64,000 nucleotides of DNA. Source: Alphaproteobacteria bacterium (GTDB lineage: Bacteria; Pseudomonadota; Alphaproteobacteria; MPNO01; UBA830). Positions within the stretch are counted from its first letter, which is position 1. Each line of letters starts with the position of its first letter. The notes under the pieces were generated by a model that worked only from the letters and a program-made list of their open reading frames with translations, searched no databases and was not told where the DNA came from. The DNA lies in NCBI GenBank assembly GCA_965243135.1, contig OZ251539.1, positions 2,464,001 to 2,528,000 on the forward strand, written 5' to 3'. Shown piece after piece: positions 10,472-20,204 of this stretch. The translations under genes and the position numbers were made by a program.

Positions 10472-10513
10472 TGGGACGAATCCCATCGTTTTCGTTTCAA
10501 GAAAAAATGGGAT
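10472..10513. promoter_or_regulatory. Palindromic candidate operator upstream of the 10544 operon
   Basis: TGGGA-CGAA-TCCCA (10472-10485) and ATCCCAT...ATGGGAT (10480-10486 / 10507-10513) in a locally AT-rich stretch 30-70 bp before ATG 10544. Confidence 0.45.
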
Positions 10514-10543
10514 AGGTTTCCGGTTTCGAAGACGGAATGACGA

Positions 10544-11920
10544 ATGACATCGCACGCGGAGATGATCCGGAAGATCGAAGCCTTCTGCCGCGACAGGGGC
10601 ATGGCCGAGTCGACGTTCGGCCGTCTGGCCGTCAACGACGGCAAGTTCGTGCGGCGGTTGCGCGAAGACAGGCGCGTAACGACCGCGACCGTCGCCCAAA
10701 TCGAGGAGTTCCTGCAAAACGGCCCTGCGGTCGAACACCAGACCTACGATCCCCGGCTCCGCGCCGCCCCGGCGTCCCGACCCGTCGGCGACGACGAGGC
10801 TCCGTCCCATTTTCGGTTTTACGACAACCGCCAGAAGTACCTTCTGTTCGTGAACACCTGTTCCGAGAAATGGGCGGTGGCGGACCGGGTCGGGCAGGAA
10901 CTGAGGCGCCTCCAGCTGCGTCCTCCGGCGCTTCGGGTCTTCGACGCCGGGATGGGAGACGGCACCGTGCTCACCCGCGTCCTGCGCCAGATGCATCACC
11001 TTTTTCCGACGATTCCGTTCTACGTCGTCGGCAAGGAGATCAGCCTCGAAGACGTGCGGCTGACCCTCGAGAAACTGCCGGACAGGCTCAACGAGCATCC
11101 GGCGATGGTCTTCGTGATCACCAATATGTTTTACAGCGAAGCGCCCTCCCTGACCCCGCATACGCCGGAAAGCGCCGCCCGGCTGAGTTGGCAGGAGATC
11201 GCGCTGGAAGGCGATTCCGCGCACGATTTCGCGACCCAGATCGCGGCCCTGGAACCCGCGATCGCCGAAGGCTGGCAGGTGCGGACCAGCGGCAGGACAG
11301 GCAATCCTCTCTATGTCCGCCCGTCGGCGCTCATCCTCTATCGCGACGACCACAAGCTTCTGCTCGACGGCATCATCCCGCGCCCCGGCCGGGCGATGAA
11401 CGACTACAACCTCATCATCGCTTCGCAGCCTTTCCGCGCGCGCGCTTCTCTCGACCTCAAGGTCAAGCGGGTTCTGGCGCCGCTCGCCCGCGCGCTCGCT
11501 CCCGGCGGCCGCATGCTGACCATCCACTCGCACGGCGACGATCCCGGCCTCGACATCATCAGGAGGATCTGGAAGGACGAGAATCCCTTCCTCCACAACC
11601 GCCAGATTCTGCTTCCCGCGCTGAAAAAGGCCCTCGGACGCGACGGGCGCGACCTGAGCTTCGCCGCGGCCTCCGACAAGCGCGCGCTGTTCCGCTACGT
11701 GATGCACACGCTGCCGACCGAGATCGGCTCCTCCATCGGCACCTCGACGCTGATGGCCGCCTGGAACGCCGCGGTCTACGTCGCCCAGATCGAGGACGGG
11801 CGCCTCGAGCAGGCGATGGTCGACGGAAGCTACCTGGACGCGACCCGCGAGGTGCTGCACGAGAACAACGGCCTGTGGTTTCTCGACGAATCCTTCGTCG
11901 TCTCGAGGCGGCGCGACTGA
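10544..11920 (+). CDS. Uncharacterised protein: small N-terminal HTH-like domain fused to a class I SAM-methyltransferase-like fold
   Basis: N-terminus IEAFCRDRGMAESTFGRLAVNDGKFVRRLR; motif-I-like VFDAGMGDG; later ALAPGGRML. Confidence 0.75.
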   Translation: MTSHAEMIRKIEAFCRDRGMAESTFGRLAVNDGKFVRRLREDRRVTTATVAQIEEFLQNGPAVEHQTYDPRLRAAPASRPVGDDEAPSHFRFYDNRQKYLLFVNTCSEKWAVADRVGQELRRLQLRPPALRVFDAGMGDGTVLTRVLRQMHHLFPTIPFYVVGKEISLEDVRLTLEKLPDRLNEHPAMVFVITNMFYSEAPSLTPHTPESAARLSWQEIALEGDSAHDFATQIAALEPAIAEGWQVRTSGRTGNPLYVRPSALILYRDDHKLLLDGIIPRPGRAMNDYNLIIASQPFRARASLDLKVKRVLAPLARALAPGGRMLTIHSHGDDPGLDIIRRIWKDENPFLHNRQILLPALKKALGRDGRDLSFAAASDKRALFRYVMHTLPTEIGSSIGTSTLMAAWNAAVYVAQIEDGRLEQAMVDGSYLDATREVLHENNGLWFLDESFVVSRRRD

Positions 11921-12837
11921 TGAGCCGGCTGTCCGCATCGCTCGCCGAACGGCGTTTCGCCATAACCGCCGAAGTGTCGCCCCCGCTCTCGGCCGATCCC
12001 GAAGATCTGCTTTCGCGGGCGTCGATTCTCGAGGGCTGGGTGGACGCCGTCAACGTCACCGACGGGGCCAGCGCGCGGGCGCACATGTCGAGCGTGGCGG
12101 CGGCGTCGATCCTGCTGCGCGCGGGAATCGAGCCCGTGCTGCAGATGACCTGCCGCGACCGCAACCGGATCGCGTTGCAGAGCGACCTGCTCGGAGCGGC
12201 GGCTCTCGGCGTGGAGAACGTCCTGATCCTGCGCGGCGACGATCCGTCGGCCGGCGACCAGCCCGACGCCAAGCCGGTGTTCGATCTGGAAAGCCACGAA
12301 CTGATGGAAACGGCGCGGCGGATGCGGGACGAAGGCGTCCTGCCGTCCGAACGCCGGCTCTCCGGGCCGCCCCGACTCTTCGTCGGAGCCGCCGACGTGC
12401 CCATGGATCCCGACGACGGCAAGTGGAATCCCGGCTCTCTCGACGCGAAACTGGACGCCGGCGCGGAATTCGTGCAGACGCAGTTCTGCTTCGACGCGGC
12501 GCTCGTCCGCAAATACGCGGCCGCCCTGGTCGACCGCGGCGTCGCCGCCAGATGCGGCATTCTGATCGGAATCGGCCCCATCGCCTCGGCTCGCTCCGCG
12601 CGATGGATGCGCGAGCATCTTTGGGGCACCACCATTCCGGACGCCCTGATCGATCGCCTGGAAGGCGCGGAAGACCAGAAGGCGGAGGGAACCGCGATCT
12701 GCGCCGAGCTGATCGCGGAATACGCGGACGTCGAGGGCGTCGCGGGCATTCATCTCATGGCGCCGCTCGGCATCGACCAGGTACCGGCGGCCGTGGAACG
12801 ATCCGGCGTCAGGGCCGGACGCAGCCGGGAGCCGTAA
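11920..12837 (+). CDS. metF: Methylenetetrahydrofolate reductase
   Basis: ITAEVSPP, VNVTD, EPVLQMTCRDRNRIALQSDLLGA, KLDAGAEFVQTQFCFD; TGATG coupling with the upstream gene. Confidence 0.92.
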   Translation: MSRLSASLAERRFAITAEVSPPLSADPEDLLSRASILEGWVDAVNVTDGASARAHMSSVAAASILLRAGIEPVLQMTCRDRNRIALQSDLLGAAALGVENVLILRGDDPSAGDQPDAKPVFDLESHELMETARRMRDEGVLPSERRLSGPPRLFVGAADVPMDPDDGKWNPGSLDAKLDAGAEFVQTQFCFDAALVRKYAAALVDRGVAARCGILIGIGPIASARSARWMREHLWGTTIPDALIDRLEGAEDQKAEGTAICAELIAEYADVEGVAGIHLMAPLGIDQVPAAVERSGVRAGRSREP

Positions 12838-12838
12838 C

Positions 12839-13948
12839 ATGCCGAAACCTTTCTTCCACGCCGACCAGGTCGGCAGCCTTCTCAGACCGGACCACCTCCT
12901 CGAGGCGCGCGGGCGCTGGAGGGCCGGAGAGATCGACCGGAGAGAGCTGCGCGCCATGGAAGACGCCGCCATCGCCGAATGCGCGGGCATGCAGGAGGAG
13001 ATCGGGCTGGAAGCGATCACCGACGGCGAATTCAGGCGCGAGAACTGGTGGATCGACTTCATCTCCGCGATCGACGGCATCGAAGTCAGCGATCCCGACA
13101 CGGACTCCCCCTTTCGCGGCGGCCAGGAGCAGGGCGGCTCCTATCTGCCCAAGAAGGTGACGACGACGGGGCGGCTTGGCGGCGGCGGCTCGATTTCGGT
13201 CGCCGATTTCGAGTATCTGAAGGGATGCACGGAGAAAACTCCCAAGGTCATGATTCCCTCGCCCAGCCGCATTCACTTCCACGGCGGACGGGATTCCGTG
13301 AGCCGCGACGCCTATCCGTCGATGGACGCGTTCTGGGCGGACGTCGCCGCCGTCTACCAGGACGAAATCACCGCGCTCGAAGCCCATGGCTGCGCCTACG
13401 TCCAGATCGACGATCCGGTGCTGACCTATTTCCTCGACGACCGGCTGCGGCGGAACGTGGCGGACATCGGCGAGGATCCCGACCGGCTGCTGGGACTGTA
13501 CGGCGACGTGATCAACGCCTGCGTTTCGAAACGGTCTTCCGACACCTGCCTCGCCATTCACCTGTGCCGCGGCAACGCCCGGAGCCAGTGGATCGCGGCG
13601 GGCAGTTACGACCGGATGGCGAAGGAACTGTTTCCCCGCCTGGCCGTCGATTCATGGTTCCTGGAATACGACGACGAGCGTTCGGGCGGTTTCGATCCCT
13701 TGCGCTTCATGCCGGACGGCGTCCGGGTCGTGCTCGGGCTCGTGACCACCAAGACCGGAAGGATGGAGGATCCCGACGAGATCCGGGCGCGCGTCGCCGA
13801 AGCCTCGAAGATCGTGCCTCTGGAAAATCTGGCGGTCAGTCCGCAATGCGGATTCGCCTCGATCGAGACCGGCAACCGGATCGCCTTCGACGAACAAAGG
13901 GCGAAGCTCGGGATGGTGGTCGACCTCGCAGGGAAAATATGGCGCTGA
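12839..13948 (+). CDS. Cobalamin-independent methionine synthase catalytic-domain-only (core MetE-like) protein
   Basis: HADQVGSLLRP, TDGEFRR, Zn ligands HLCRGN, FLEYD, SPQCGF; lacks the N-terminal MetE half. Confidence 0.88.
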   Translation: MPKPFFHADQVGSLLRPDHLLEARGRWRAGEIDRRELRAMEDAAIAECAGMQEEIGLEAITDGEFRRENWWIDFISAIDGIEVSDPDTDSPFRGGQEQGGSYLPKKVTTTGRLGGGGSISVADFEYLKGCTEKTPKVMIPSPSRIHFHGGRDSVSRDAYPSMDAFWADVAAVYQDEITALEAHGCAYVQIDDPVLTYFLDDRLRRNVADIGEDPDRLLGLYGDVINACVSKRSSDTCLAIHLCRGNARSQWIAAGSYDRMAKELFPRLAVDSWFLEYDDERSGGFDPLRFMPDGVRVVLGLVTTKTGRMEDPDEIRARVAEASKIVPLENLAVSPQCGFASIETGNRIAFDEQRAKLGMVVDLAGKIWR

Positions 13949-13973
13949 CCGCGGCCCTCTTCGGAGACTGATC

Positions 13974-15515
13974 GTGAATCCGCGGACGCTCAAGGAAACG
14001 CTCCAGGACGGCGAAGAACTCGCCCTGTTGGACGTGCGCGAAGCCGGCCAGTTCGGGCTTGACCACATGCTGCATGCGGTTCCGTGCCCGTTCAGCGTCC
14101 TCGAAGCGCGAGCCCCCCTGCTGGCGCCGCGCAGAACCGTGCGCATGGCGCTCGTGGACGCAGGCGACGGCGTCGCGGAGAGAGCCGCGATCCGCCTTGC
14201 CGAACTGGGGTACGACAACGTCTCGGTTCTGGGGGGCGGCAACCCATCGTGGAGCGCCGCCGGCTACGAGACGTTCCAGGGCGTCAACGTTCCTTCGAAA
14301 GCGTTCGGCGAAATCGTTGAACGCGAGGCGGCAACGCCGCACGTCACGGCCGACGAACTGCACGCCATGAAGCGGCGGGGCGACGATCTCGTCGTTCTTG
14401 ACGGTCGAACGCCGGAGGAGCACGCGCGCATGTCGATTCCGGGCGGCGTGTCGGTGCCGAACGCGGAGTTGATGTACCGCGTCCACGATCTGGCCCCCGA
14501 CCCCGGCACGACGATCATCGTGAACTGCGCCGGGCGGACGCGTTCGATCATCGGCGCGCAGACCCTGATCGACGCGGGCGTTCCCAACCGCGTCGCCGCG
14601 CTCAAGGACGGAACGATGGGCTGGAAGCTGGCGGGCCGCGAACTCGAGCGCGGCAGCGCGCTGCGCCATCCGGAAGTTCCGTCGCGGAAGTGCGCGGAGA
14701 GCGCCGCGTCGTATGCCCGCAACATGATCCGCGAATTCGGAATCCCGGTAATCGACGCGGCGACGCTCGACGCCTGGAGAGCGGATTCCGGCCGCACGCT
14801 TTTCCTGTTCGACGTGCGGACGCGGGAAGAATTCGACGCGGGCCACGCCGCAGGCGCCGTTCATGCGCCGGGAGGACAGCTCGTGCAGGCGACCGACCAT
14901 TGGTGCGGCGTCTGGGGCGCCCGCGTCGTCCTGCTCGACGAGGCTCCCTGCGCCCGCGCCGTCGCCACCGCGCACTGGCTCCGGCGAATGGGCTGGGACG
15001 CCAGCGCGCTCGATATCCAGGGGATCGAAACGGGCGACGCGGCCGGCGTCGACCTTCCCGCCGCGGAAGAAATTTCCTGCGCTCAGTTGGCGGACGAAAT
15101 GCGCGGCGGCGGCATTTTCCTTATCGACGCCGGACAGTCGGCGGATTACCGGGCTGCTCACCTGCCGGAGGCCGTCTGGAGCGTCCGTCCGCGCCTCGAC
15201 CGCCTCGACATCCCTGACGGAAAGACGGTCGTCGTTTATTCCGGGCGGCGGACCCGCGCCTCGCTGGCGGCGCGGGATCTGTCGGAAACGCGACCCGTCC
15301 GCATTCTGGCGGGAGGCCGCGAGGCGTGGGTCGCCGAGGGGCGGCCCACAGCGGCCTCGCCCGGAGCGCCGCCGGACAGCGAGGCGATCGATCACCTATT
15401 CCTGATGTCGGCGCGCCACCAGGGCGACGACGCGGCGGCGCGCGCCTACCTCGAATGGGAAGAAAACCTCCCGACGCAAATCGCGGCCGACGGCGACGCG
15501 CGCTTTCGGCTTTGA
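13974..15515 (+). CDS. Multi-domain rhodanese-like sulfurtransferase
   Basis: Four rhodanese-like modules (LLDVRE, VLDGRTPEEH, LFDVRTREEF, LIDAG..Y..AHLP); active-loop NCAGRTRS. Confidence 0.88.
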   Translation: MNPRTLKETLQDGEELALLDVREAGQFGLDHMLHAVPCPFSVLEARAPLLAPRRTVRMALVDAGDGVAERAAIRLAELGYDNVSVLGGGNPSWSAAGYETFQGVNVPSKAFGEIVEREAATPHVTADELHAMKRRGDDLVVLDGRTPEEHARMSIPGGVSVPNAELMYRVHDLAPDPGTTIIVNCAGRTRSIIGAQTLIDAGVPNRVAALKDGTMGWKLAGRELERGSALRHPEVPSRKCAESAASYARNMIREFGIPVIDAATLDAWRADSGRTLFLFDVRTREEFDAGHAAGAVHAPGGQLVQATDHWCGVWGARVVLLDEAPCARAVATAHWLRRMGWDASALDIQGIETGDAAGVDLPAAEEISCAQLADEMRGGGIFLIDAGQSADYRAAHLPEAVWSVRPRLDRLDIPDGKTVVVYSGRRTRASLAARDLSETRPVRILAGGREAWVAEGRPTAASPGAPPDSEAIDHLFLMSARHQGDDAAARAYLEWEENLPTQIAADGDARFRL

Positions 15516-15654
15516 ATTCGCGAAGCGACCGCCATCGTTGCGCCGCCCGCCTTCGCCGGGACGCTTCGCTTTCCGGCGCGAGGCCCTGATCGGGCCGCAA
15601 ACTCATGCCGCGCAACGGCGGGCGGCGACGAGAGCGTCGTGCTATCGTGCAGCC

Positions 15655-16209
15655 ATGAGCGCCAGCTTCGTATTCCATCCTCACGTGCGCAGATCGGACG
15701 GCGCGACCGTAACGCCGGATATCCTCATCGACCGCGTCCGCGTCATCGGTCCCGATAGCGTCGAGGCCCGGCCCGTGACGCAGTTGACGACGGAGACAGC
15801 TTTGCAACGGCCGGCGGACGGCGCCGCGGGCAAGCCCGCCTACGCGCTTGTCGCTGCAAGTTTCGGCACGCTCCTCGCGGCCGGCGCGGTTTTCGACGAC
15901 GCATTGCCTTTGGGCCGCGTTGCGTGGCGTTACGCCGACGCGCGCTCCGGGTTCCGCGGACCGCTCGCGCGCTTCATCGACGGCGGCGGGCGGGTCGCGG
16001 TCGACCGGCCTGCCCGCGTACCGTCGCCTTCGGAGATTATGGAAAGGCTTGGAGACGGGTCGGCGCTCGCGCCGGGAACGGCGGCATTCGTTCACGGCGA
16101 CGCGCCCGCCGCCGTCGCAGCGCGCCGGATGGAGATCTCGGTCGAACGGACATCGGGCGAACTCCTGTCCCACGGCTTCGACATGGCGAATGCGGATCCG
16201 TCCGCCTGA
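15655..16209 (+). CDS. Hypothetical protein (weak resemblance to DUF2848/FAH-like)
   Basis: Plausible ORF from ATG 15655; the C-terminus RMEISVERTSGELLSHGFD is reminiscent of DUF2848 termini. Family call is weak. Confidence 0.45.
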   Translation: MSASFVFHPHVRRSDGATVTPDILIDRVRVIGPDSVEARPVTQLTTETALQRPADGAAGKPAYALVAASFGTLLAAGAVFDDALPLGRVAWRYADARSGFRGPLARFIDGGGRVAVDRPARVPSPSEIMERLGDGSALAPGTAAFVHGDAPAAVAARRMEISVERTSGELLSHGFDMANADPSA

Positions 16210-16509
16210 CCGACCGGGACGGCAGCGCATCCGTGACGGGATTTTCGCATCGCGCCGTTCTCCGCGCAGCGTGAACGCGCCGTGCGTAACGGCGGCGTTC
16301 CCGAACGCGAACGGCGGATTCCCGAGATCGATCCCGGACTATGATTGCGCCGTCAGCGGATTACAATGAACGCTGGAAGCGAGAGTGGAACCTCCATGAA
16401 ATCCGCGATTTTCGGCACCGCGCTTGCGGCGGCTTTCGCCTTCGGCGGCGCCGCGGGACGCGCGGCGTAATCGCCCGGTCCCGCCGAGGCGAATTTTTGC
16501 GAGGAACCC

Positions 16510-17691
16510 GTGTTCGCGCGCGATCACAAAAACGTCCTGATCCTCTCCACCTGCCAGATGATGTTCGGCACCGGGCGTTCGCTGTTCATGGTGACCGCCC
16601 CGATCGCCGCGTTGGGGATCGCGCCGCACCTTGCTCTCGCCACCTTGCCGACCGCCCTGATCGTCGTCGGCACCGCGATCGCCGCCATGCCCGCTTCTCT
16701 CTTCAGCCAACGCACGGGACGAAAGCGGGGGTTCCTCGTCGGCACGCTGATTGCCGCCGCAAGCGGCGCGTCATGCACTGGCGCAATGGTGTTCGAGAAT
16801 TTCTGGCTGCTGGCGCTGGGAGGCCTGCTTTACGGCATATTTTCCGGCTTTGCTCAGCTCTATCGCTTCGCCGTCGCCGACGTGGCGTCGGAATCGTTCA
16901 AGCGAACGGCGATCTCGCTGGTTCTCGCCGGCGGGGTTTTCGCCGGACTAGCCGGTCCCAACCTCGCGAAGTGGGGCAAGGACATGGTCGCCGATCCGAT
17001 CTACGCCGGCGCTTTCCTTTTCATGATCGCGACGGGGCTCGCCGCGGCGCTCGCATTGCTCTTCCTCGACATCCCGGGGCTCACCAAGGCGGAACGCGAG
17101 GGACCGCAACGGCCGCTTTCGGAAATCATGAGGCAGCCGGTCTTCGTCGCGGCCGCGCTGTCCGCCACCGTCGCGCAATGCGTCATGAATTTCCTGATGA
17201 CGGCGACGCCGATCGCCATGGTGGCCCAGTGCAACCACGGCTTCGACGATGCCGCCGACGTCATCGCCTGGCATATCGTCGGAATGTTCGGGCCCGGCTT
17301 CTTCACCGGGGCGCTGATCAAGCGGTTCGGCGAGATAGCGATGATCCTCGCCGGATTCGCCTTGCAGGCCGCCTGCATCGGGGTCGCGCTTTCGGGCGTC
17401 GAGGTGTTCGATTTCTGGCTCGCGATGTTTCTGCTCGGCGTCGGCTGGAATTTCTCGTTCACTGCCGCCACCAGCCTCCTGACGACCGCCTACACGCCCG
17501 TCGAGCGCGCCAAGACCCAGGGCATGATGAATCAGATCATCTATACGTTCGTGGCTATCGGTTCGCTGTCTTCGGGTGCGTTCATCCATTATTTCGACTG
17601 GAACTGGGTCAACCTCGGCGTCGCGCCGCTGCTCGCCGTCGCCGCCACGGCGACCCTGTGGTACGCGGCCGACCGTCGCCGGACGGCATAG
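16510..17691 (+). CDS. MFS transporter
   Basis: About 12 TM segments; SQRTGRKRGF loop; YRFAVAD; HIVGMFGPGFFTG; GVGWNF. Confidence 0.9.
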   Translation: MFARDHKNVLILSTCQMMFGTGRSLFMVTAPIAALGIAPHLALATLPTALIVVGTAIAAMPASLFSQRTGRKRGFLVGTLIAAASGASCTGAMVFENFWLLALGGLLYGIFSGFAQLYRFAVADVASESFKRTAISLVLAGGVFAGLAGPNLAKWGKDMVADPIYAGAFLFMIATGLAAALALLFLDIPGLTKAEREGPQRPLSEIMRQPVFVAAALSATVAQCVMNFLMTATPIAMVAQCNHGFDDAADVIAWHIVGMFGPGFFTGALIKRFGEIAMILAGFALQAACIGVALSGVEVFDFWLAMFLLGVGWNFSFTAATSLLTTAYTPVERAKTQGMMNQIIYTFVAIGSLSSGAFIHYFDWNWVNLGVAPLLAVAATATLWYAADRRRTA

Positions 17692-17985
17692 CGGCCTGTC
17701 ACGGCGAATCCATGGCGACGGGCGGCCAGAGCGATCGGCGGGGCGCCGAGCGGACGGCAGCCGACAGAAAATCACAGCGCAAACGCTTCTCGTTCCGGCT
17801 GTTCGCCGAAGCATTCACGGGATAGACGATGATCGCCCGTATCCCGTTTCCAAACCCGCGCAGCAGCACATGGTCCACGATGGAAACGATACAGGCTCTT
17901 GCTGGAGCCGCTGGTCAGGACATACGTTTTCCCGTCTTGGCCTTGCGGCCTCCGCATAGTCCGCGTACAGCGGCGGCGTTTGTCT

Positions 17986-18238
17986 CGGGGCGAGGGCTCG
18001 GATGTCGTAGGTGATGTCCTCTGAAAACCGTCGGACGGCGCGCCACGCCTTCGCCAATGAGGTGCCTCCCTTGAAAGTGAGGCGGCGCCCGAACGGCGCC
18101 TCGACGAGAACCCGCAGAGTTCTCGACTACCCAGATGTCTTTCTCGATCAGGTAGGCCCGGCGGCCGCTTCGGTCCGCCGCGAAATTCAGCGCGTACCGT
18201 CTATCGTCAAGGGAAAGCGACCGGAACGGCGTTTCAGC
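17986..18238 (-). pseudogene. AbiEii/AbiGii nucleotidyltransferase toxin, frameshifted 5' remnant
   Basis: Manual translation: AETPFRSLSLDDRRYALNFAADRSGRRAYLIEKDIWVV, frameshift, then LRVLVEAPFGRRLTFKGGTSLAKAWRAVRRFSEDITYDIRALAP; similarity then ends and no start codon remains. Confidence 0.8.
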
Positions 18239-18824
18239 CCACCCGCGCGCCTACCGGTTCCGCCATCCAAGCCGGCATGATCGCGCGCGCCGCCGCCAGC
18301 TCGGCCATGTCGTCGTCGGAGAGCTTGTTGATAACCTTCGCAAGAGCGTCCTCGACTTCTCGCGGGCCGAACCAAGCCAGAGCGCGAACGGCGTCGCCAG
18401 CCCGTCGGTACGGCGCCACGAGTTGCCAGCGCGGCGCATGACGCAGGCGCACTTCTTGAGCACCGAAGCGCAATCGGCGGTTGGACCCCGATGTGAGATA
18501 GACGGACAACACCGGATTCTGAGTGGTGAGGCCGAGAACGTTGGCGGCCGAGGCGCCGCAAGGAACGATGGTCTCGCCCCACAACGCGGAGAGCCAAGCG
18601 ATCGCTTTTTCGATGCTCGGAGCGCAGGAGCCGAAGCGGGTCTCGACGGGCCGCATGTAAACGCCCCGACAGACGCGCAGGAGGCGACCGGCGCGGGCGA
18701 GCCGGGACAGCGCCTGATCGACGGCGGCGCGGTTCCCGAGGTGAAGCAGCGCGCCCGGGCACAACGGCCCTGCTTCGGGCAGAGCGGCAGCGTGCGCCAA
18801 GATGAGGTTCGGTAGGCTCGACAT
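18234..18824 (-). CDS. DUF6088 / AbiEi-like type IV antitoxin
   Basis: LLHLGNRAAVDQALSRL, RVCRGVY, GASAANVLGLTTQNP, YLTSG; start ATG 18824; immediately upstream of the AbiEii remnant. Confidence 0.85.
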   Translation of the reverse strand: MSSLPNLILAHAAALPEAGPLCPGALLHLGNRAAVDQALSRLARAGRLLRVCRGVYMRPVETRFGSCAPSIEKAIAWLSALWGETIVPCGASAANVLGLTTQNPVLSVYLTSGSNRRLRFGAQEVRLRHAPRWQLVAPYRRAGDAVRALAWFGPREVEDALAKVINKLSDDDMAELAAARAIMPAWMAEPVGARVG

Positions 18825-18836
18825 AGCGGTGTCTCG

Positions 18837-18880
18837 TTGCAATTTGTCAGAAACTAAACACCAGTATCGACAGGATGCAA
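18837..18880. promoter_or_regulatory. Imperfect inverted repeat upstream of the AbiEi-like gene (possible autoregulatory operator)
   Basis: TTGCAATTTGTCAGAAAC ... GTATCGACAGGATGCAA. Confidence 0.35.
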
Positions 18881-18885
18881 CCGCT

Positions 18886-19443
18886 TCAGTCGGTCCAGCC
18901 CGTCCGGCAATCGCCGCCTCGGTTGCGTCCGAACTGGCGCCGACCGTTGTTAGGTGGCGTCCCGCCTCTGCGATTGAATGCCCGGTGAATCCAGCGTCTG
19001 ACGGACGTGGGGTCGGCAGTCCAGTCGTAGATGCATGCGAACGGGTCATCTCCGCCACAGTTGTCGGCGAGCCGCGGCGGTATCAGACCGGGCGTATATT
19101 GTTTTCTTCCGTAGTTCGTATGATCTGGGAGAAGCATTCCCAACAATCCGCAGCGAGGATTCAAACGCGTATCCCGAAGACTGGATCCGATTTCCCAATC
19201 GACATGCTTTCTCTGCCAAGTGCAAGGACCGATCAGTACGACTGTCACGGTGGCGTCACGGATGAACTCGTCGCGAATTTTCTGTCGTATCGTCTCCGTC
19301 GCAAGATAATCATCGTTTATGTCTCCGTCCTCGACGGATCTGTCTACACAATGGTGCTCCATCATGCGAACAAATTTATCCTTGTACCATTGGTCCTCGT
19401 GGTGGAAACTAACGAAAACCATGTGTCGGGGGACTTCGTTCAT
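18886..19443 (-). CDS. TIR-domain protein, Thoeris ThsB/MTH538-like
   Basis: HMVFVSFHHED, ETIRQKIRDEFIRDATVTVVLIG, TWQRKHVDWEIGSSL (catalytic Glu), IPPRLADN. Confidence 0.88.
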   Translation of the reverse strand: MNEVPRHMVFVSFHHEDQWYKDKFVRMMEHHCVDRSVEDGDINDDYLATETIRQKIRDEFIRDATVTVVLIGPCTWQRKHVDWEIGSSLRDTRLNPRCGLLGMLLPDHTNYGRKQYTPGLIPPRLADNCGGDDPFACIYDWTADPTSVRRWIHRAFNRRGGTPPNNGRRQFGRNRGGDCRTGWTD

Positions 19444-19958
19444 CGGATTTCTCCTTCGATATTTTCGAGATCGGTCATGTCCTCGACTCCCGCGATTTCG
19501 GCGAGCATTCGGTTGTAATCGCGCAACGTGGCCTGAAGCTCCTCCAGTTCCCCGCGAAATTCTGCCTGCTTGGCTTCATCGTCGAAAGCGCCCGCGAGGG
19601 ACAGGCGGTGCCATTTGGCGGTGAAGGGCCGCACCTTCTGGTTCAGGATTGGTATGGCGATCTTGGCGAACTGCACGGCTTTCGGCCCGTGGCGGCGCAA
19701 GATCTCCCGCGTCGTCGGGAACAAGGAGTATATGCTGTCCAGCGCGGTCCTGTCGTCCCCGTCCTCGGAAGGCAGGGGCTGGGTGACGACTCTGGTCAAC
19801 ATCTCTACATATAATTCCCAAGCGGCGTTGCGGCCCACATCGGTTATCCGCACCTCCCCTTTTAATACCATGGCATTCAGTTTTATATTTTCCAAATGGT
19901 ACTTTTCGAATAAGCTTTTCAAATTGAATGATGTTCCTCTCCTGAATGGGTTTCTCAT
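19440..19958 (-). CDS. Conserved-looking hypothetical helical protein coupled to the TIR gene
   Basis: AAWELYVEMLTRVVTQPL, ALDSIYSLFPTTREILRRHG, ILNQKVRPFTAKWH; ATGA overlap with the TIR gene; AT-rich 5' part. Confidence 0.8.
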   Translation of the reverse strand: MRNPFRRGTSFNLKSLFEKYHLENIKLNAMVLKGEVRITDVGRNAAWELYVEMLTRVVTQPLPSEDGDDRTALDSIYSLFPTTREILRRHGPKAVQFAKIAIPILNQKVRPFTAKWHRLSLAGAFDDEAKQAEFRGELEELQATLRDYNRMLAEIAGVEDMTDLENIEGEIR

Positions 19959-20204
19959 CTTGATTCTCCATGACGCATGTATAAAAAAACCGACAAGTCA
20001 CGCAGATTAGTCCATCGGCAACGGGGAGCGCAATTGGTCCAAGGCAGGTGGGCCTGAGTGCGGCAATACTTGCCCCCAAACGTTGACATCCTGCACCACA
20101 CATAAGGGTGCGACGGATTGCGCAGCATGTCAAGAGTCGGCACTTCGGCTGTAACGAATGATATGGTCGATACCAGACGAGCTGCTCGGTCTTAAAATCA
20201 GGAG

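Noticed and set aside
10172-10543. SAM or cobalamin riboswitch upstream of the met-related operon
   Set aside because: No consensus riboswitch motif recognised by eye; an Rfam scan would be needed.
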